Part shown: piece after piece, positions 22,201 to 28,200 of the stretch
Layout: each line of letters opens with the position of its first letter
How positions within the stretch are numbered: position 1 is the first letter of the stretch
Program-made: the position numbers and the translations under genes
Virus record (IMG/VR): IMGVR_UViG_3300025084_000011
Span: 1-64,000 of that record
DNA: 64,000 nucleotides
Reading direction: 5' to 3' (one strand)
Source: a virus
Lineage: Duplodnaviria > Caudoviricetes
The notes under the pieces: generated by a model
The model's input: the letters and a program-made list of their open reading frames with translations, nothing else
What the model was told of the DNA's origin: nothing
Database searches by the model: none

Positions 22201-25200
22201 TCAATTCCTTGGTCTGACTTCTGGTGCAAGAGGTGAAGTTGTCAGAATTGACTATGAGGCATCACCACCTATCCTGTACTACCTCAGAAAGACTGAGCAG
22301 AACTTTAACTTAGATCCTAATACTATTGATCCTACTGATGGTGATCAGACAGCAGTTTCTGAAACTGTACAAAAGTATGAAAATGATGTTAATGGTAATG
22401 AAGTTTTAGATTCCTTAACTGAGACTCTTCTTGGAGAAGCAAGGATTGGTGATGTGGTTGACACTCTGGTCATTAACAGAGGTTCTACATTCTTCGGTAT
22501 GATCTTCGAGCGTTTGATCTCTCTGACTAATCAGAACCAAATCCTTGATGATGTTTCTAAGACTACTATCACCCCTGTTGAAATTCTTGACAGTTCTGAT
22601 CGTATTAACGCTGACTTCCTTGACTTTGAAGAAGTTCGTTCTACTGAAATCGAATATGAAGATCTCACTGGCGGCACATTAGCAGTTGGCGATAAACTTC
22701 GTTCTATCCAAGTAACATATGGCAACCCAGTAACAGATTCCCTCAACAGATGGAAAGATGCTGGTCGTATGATCGAGTTCAACAGACAGGAGATCGTTGA
22801 CTTTGCTAATGCTGAGATTTCTGTTGAGCACCCTGCGTTCTACTATCCTGGTGACAACCAGACAGATCAGTTCAGCAGATTTGCAGATTCTTATCGTCTG
22901 ATTGCTAAGAACAAAGAATACATCATCGCTAAGTCTTATGCAGACATGGTTGTTGAGTATCCTCTTCTGACCATACCTTCTTCTACCAAGTGTAAGAGAG
23001 ATATTGGTAAGTATATTGACGCACTATCCATGGACATGTTCCAAGGTGGTACTGTTTATACACGTAAACTTCTCCAATCCTATTTCAGTACAGATGGTCT
23101 GACCTTCCTGTATATTGACGGTGAAGAGCAAGCAACTGAATATGCGTTTGAGCAAGCACTCAACTATATGAAGGATGCTCTCACTAACATGCTCACAGGT
23201 AGTGAGGTTGTTGATGGTGTAACTTATGTCAAGTATGACGAGAGATCTAGTGGTGGATCTAGTGGCACTGGTATCACTGCTGACCCATCACCTGGTAATA
23301 ATTATGGTACTGCTGGTTCCAATGCTATAAACTATGGTGCTACAAATTGTTCTGATGTGCAGTCAGCACTCACAACTCTCTTTACTAACGTATCCGAAGT
23401 TCTGCTTGCAGGTTCACTATCTGATCTGATCGATCTGTCAGAACCCAATACATACAGTGCAAACGAGACTAAGTGTCGTCGTGACATCGGTCTGATGGTC
23501 GATGCTCTCGCTGCTGATATTGCAGGTGATGGTAACTATCAGATTGTCGAATTTACTAAGAAATACTTCGATAACGCTGGAACACCTATCAGCAATGGTC
23601 TGGTTGGTGAAGTTGCTGAATCTCTTACTGCATTCAGAAAAGCAGGCGAAATGTGCCGTAAGGCAATCAACAACCTTCTCTATGTTCAGGTCAATACCAG
23701 AACTGCTGAGACTGGTTATATGCTGAAAGATCCGACCACATATGCTGGTCCATATCTTGGTTCTTCGGGAACTGAACTGACTGAGTTTGATGTATCTAAT
23801 GCTGCCTATGTGTCTGGCAGTGGCATCATGACGTTGACGATCGGTTCACACTCACTGACAACCAGCGACAGCATTACGATCAGACCTTACTCTTTACGTT
23901 TCACATGTAGTTCTGATAGTAATGCAACCTTCCACGATTACCCACGTACTGGCGATCCTGCATTCAATACACCCCTGACTATCGATGCTGTAACTGCTAC
24001 AACCATTGAAGTTAACGTTGGTGCATCACCTGCTGGACAACAGTACGCTCACACCTTCATCAGTGCTATCGATAACGCTGTATTCCAAGGTGGCGGTGGT
24101 GCTGCTGCATACTACGATCCTAACTACTACTCTGGTAGAAACGAAAGTATCCAACATTGTGCTGACGTTCAGGCAGGTATCCATACTCTGGTCGAACTGG
24201 CAGCAACTGCTATCGGCGCTGGTAGTCTCACTAGCATCAACAGTCTGGCAGTTGTCAGTGATGGTTCTTATCAGATCAACGAAAACCTACGTGTTTACAA
24301 ACTATCCTACAAAGATCCTGGTGGAAATGGATTCTTCATCCCTGGTGATGTAATCAAAGGTGCAACATCTGGTGCAACATTCTTAGCGAAGGGTGCAAAC
24401 TCTGGTTTGAAGTGGTTGTATACCAATTCAGTTACTGGCACTTTCCAAGACAGAGAGATTCTTTCTAACACCAAATTGACTAGCAGCAATGCAGTCTTGA
24501 CTGGGTTGATTAAGAAGTCTGGTTCTAAGTCTTTGAGACTTGATGCTGGTGGTTATCTGTCACATGAACTGAGCGAAGTTCAGAAGTTTGGAACTGATGA
24601 TTTTACAATCGAGATGTGGATCAGACCTACAACTCTGTCTGGTTTGCAGTATCTCTGGGATACTCGCACCAGTGGTGCTGCTGAGGTTGGATCTCCTGTT
24701 CTATATCTGAATGGTAGTAACATCTCTTGGTACCTGAACGGTAGTGATCAAATCTCAGGTGCTCACAACTTAGGCACTGACGCTTGGCATCATATTGCTG
24801 TCAGCAGAACAACAAACATCACCAAACTTTGGGTGAATGGTACACAAGTTGGCGGCGACTTCACTGATAACACTAACTATCTGGAACGTGCATTCAAGAT
24901 CGGTGCTGACTTAACAAATGCTAATGGATTTGTCGGTTGGATTGACAACATCATTATTAAGAAGGGTGTTTCAGACTATACTGCAACCTTTACACCTGGT
25001 TCTACCTATCCTACTACTACTAATGACATCTCGTTCGGTATGAGTATGGAACTGCCTCTGATCATGAGTGATCAGGAAAGATATGGCGTGTATACTGGTC
25101 AAACTAACTCTTCTGCAACTGCTAAGAGTATTGACTTTGATAATAAGCAGTTCATCATTGAAGATATTAACCTCGCACGCGATGAGCATCGTAAGTGTGC

Positions 25201-28200
25201 AGATCTTATCGAACTTAACTACGACTGGATCGCACAGGTTGCTATCGGTTTGATGAAGGAGAAGTATTCCGACTTCCTCATCCCTGGCGATACTCTTGAT
25301 GGAGTTGGAACACAGCAAGGTACTAACAAGTGCTTGCGTGACACCAAAGAATACATCTTGAAAGCAATCGTAGAAGACATTAAGTATGGTGGTAACTATA
25401 ACAGCGTCATCGCTGGTAGAGGTTATCTGACTAAGGATGGTGGTCTAAATTATGTGGGTAATGAACTCCTACAATCTATCTACACTTGGACAGAACTTGC
25501 TAATGTTGTTAATTATGTAATTACTACTACTAGTGGTGATCTTGAAACCTATAACGGTACTAAGTATACTGAACTTCTTCGGATTCCTAACAACTTTACA
25601 TCACCTGCATCTACCGCTGTAACTGACGAGATCACTGCTCTTTCTAATACTATTGCAGATATCATCGGACCTACTGGTGATAGATTCCGTGATGCAGGCG
25701 ATATGATCTGGAAGAACCGTAGTTACATTGCAGAAGAAACTGTTGGTTACTTGCAGGCAAACTACATTAAGGAAATCAATGGCACTACTTACGATTTCCT
25801 GACAATGCCTGGTTATGGCGACTCCTACTGTGAGCGCGATATCAAGCAACACATTCTGCCTGCTGTTGTTACTGACTTGATCACTGGTGGCAACTCTGCT
25901 ACCCAGTATGTGATTGATCAGTACATCAATGTCAACGATCAGATCATTCACATTGAGAATGAACTTGGTCCAATGTTGGATGCCTTCACCTTCATTAAGA
26001 AGTTGGTACATCATGCAGTTAACAACACTCTTCTAAGCAAGGGTACGACTGCTGCTGAGTTCAGTGTTGATTTTGAATATCAAGATGATTACTATATTGC
26101 ACAATGGACCGATCTTCCTGCATACAAAGATAACACTCTAATCATTGATAGTAAGGGTTATGAAGGTGGTAACAGTTCTGATGTCAACAAGAATCTTGAT
26201 GTTGCTGATCTGATTGAAGCAAACAAGCATGTAATCGCAAGAGAAGCGGTTTACACGATGAACGATATGTCCAAGTATTTGGATCTTGCCGTTCCTGGTG
26301 GTGCTCAAAATTGTATTGATGATGTGATTGACGTTCTTGATGCTGTGATCCATGACATGAGATTCGGTGGCAACTCCAAGACTTGGGACGCTGCTGCACT
26401 CTACCTGAATGAAGAAGATGACAGTTTGAAGCACATCGAAGGTGAAGTTGACGCTTCGATCGATGTATATAAGATTGCTGCTGAGATCTGCATCCTAACG
26501 ATGCGTAATGGTTTCGGTCGCGACAACCTGTATATCTACCAAGAAGATGGTGGTGTGGATCCTGTCACTGGTCAACCAATCAGTGGCGGTTCTTCTCTCG
26601 ATTCTGTTGATGTCAGCACTTATGAAAGAAATGGTGCTGATGACCGTTTCGTTGATGCTGGAAATGTCATTGATAGAAACATCCGCTTGATTGCTGAGGA
26701 AGCAGTTGCACAGGGTCTTGCCCAATATCCTTCACTAACTATCAACGGATCTGGTGGCAGTGGTGGTGTCAAGAAAACTCCTACTTCTGCAACATATAAC
26801 CAGGCAAATGGTGATATGACACTGACAGTTGTTGGTCATGGACTTTCTACTTCTGATAGAGTAACCATCAAACCTGGTAGCATCGTCTTCACATGTACCA
26901 GTAATGCTAACGCTACTGAACATGCATACCCAAGACAAAGCGACCCCGCGTATAACACATCATTAGCCATTAGTGCTGCTACAACGGACACATTCACCGT
27001 GAACGTTGGCGCTGCTGCTGCTGAGTACCAATATGCACACACATTCGTTTCTGCTCAGCAAGACGCTGTGGTGACTAACGGTTACATTGACTGTGTTCAT
27101 GACGTGACTGACGTTCTGTCTGCCATGGTATGGAACTTGAAGTATGGTGGTAACAATAAGGTCTTCAAGTCTGCTGAACTGTATGTCTCTGGTAGTAACC
27201 TACAACATATCGTAGGTGTTTCTACTGAGTCTATCTGGATTCTGAACAAAGCAAGAGATCTTGCAATTCAGGCAATGAGAGATGAGACCATCACGATCAC
27301 TGCTGCTCATGGATTCTCTCAGAAGACATACACAGATCTAGATTACTTCCCTTACAGCGAGGGTGGTTATGCGATCACAGTCGATACTGACTCACCTAAG
27401 TGTGCAGACGTTGCTTCGGCAATCACCTCTATGATGTCGATTGTTACTGACACAATCACTACGCCTGCAAGTATCGAAGACGGTACAATCACTAAGACTC
27501 TGCCATTCATCTGGCCTGTCAAGTATTCACCCGAATATGTCCAACGTGACGTGTCGGTTACGTATGAAGATGGTTCAGATTGGAATCAAGTTTGTGCTAC
27601 TCAGGCAACAAATATTGAGACTTTGTTCGATATTGTTATCGATACAATCAGCACAGCAAATGCTGGTAATGCAAGTTACCTCAATGGTGTTACTCGTGAT
27701 ACAGGATACAATGCCAACACAGATTATCAGTATTACACATGCTACAACGTCACCTCAGCATCTGACACTCTCTTTGAGTTGATGGAAGAGACACTTGGTG
27801 GTGGTAGTAAGTCTGATAAGGCAGTTGCACGTCGCATCTTGTGGAACAAGCACGCAGTTTCCCTGAAAGCATTCTCCGAAGTTCAAACAGCATATCCAGC
27901 AACTCTTGCCGAACAGTCGTTTGGTGATGCATTGCTTGATGGTCTGCTTTATGACCTGAATACTGGTGGTAACATCGGTATCCTGAGAATCGTGAATACT
28001 TGGTTTGATGGTGAGGGCAACTTCATCGCATTCCCCGATGTCACTAAGCAACATCTTCTCTGGTATGTAACTCGCATCAGTGAGTATGCCAAGCGTATTC
28101 TGGATGACTACAATGACAACCTGGTTGGTGGTGAGTGGTATGGATATGACATCTACTTAGATGAGACTCATATCAACACTGGCGCTATCGAGCATAGATT

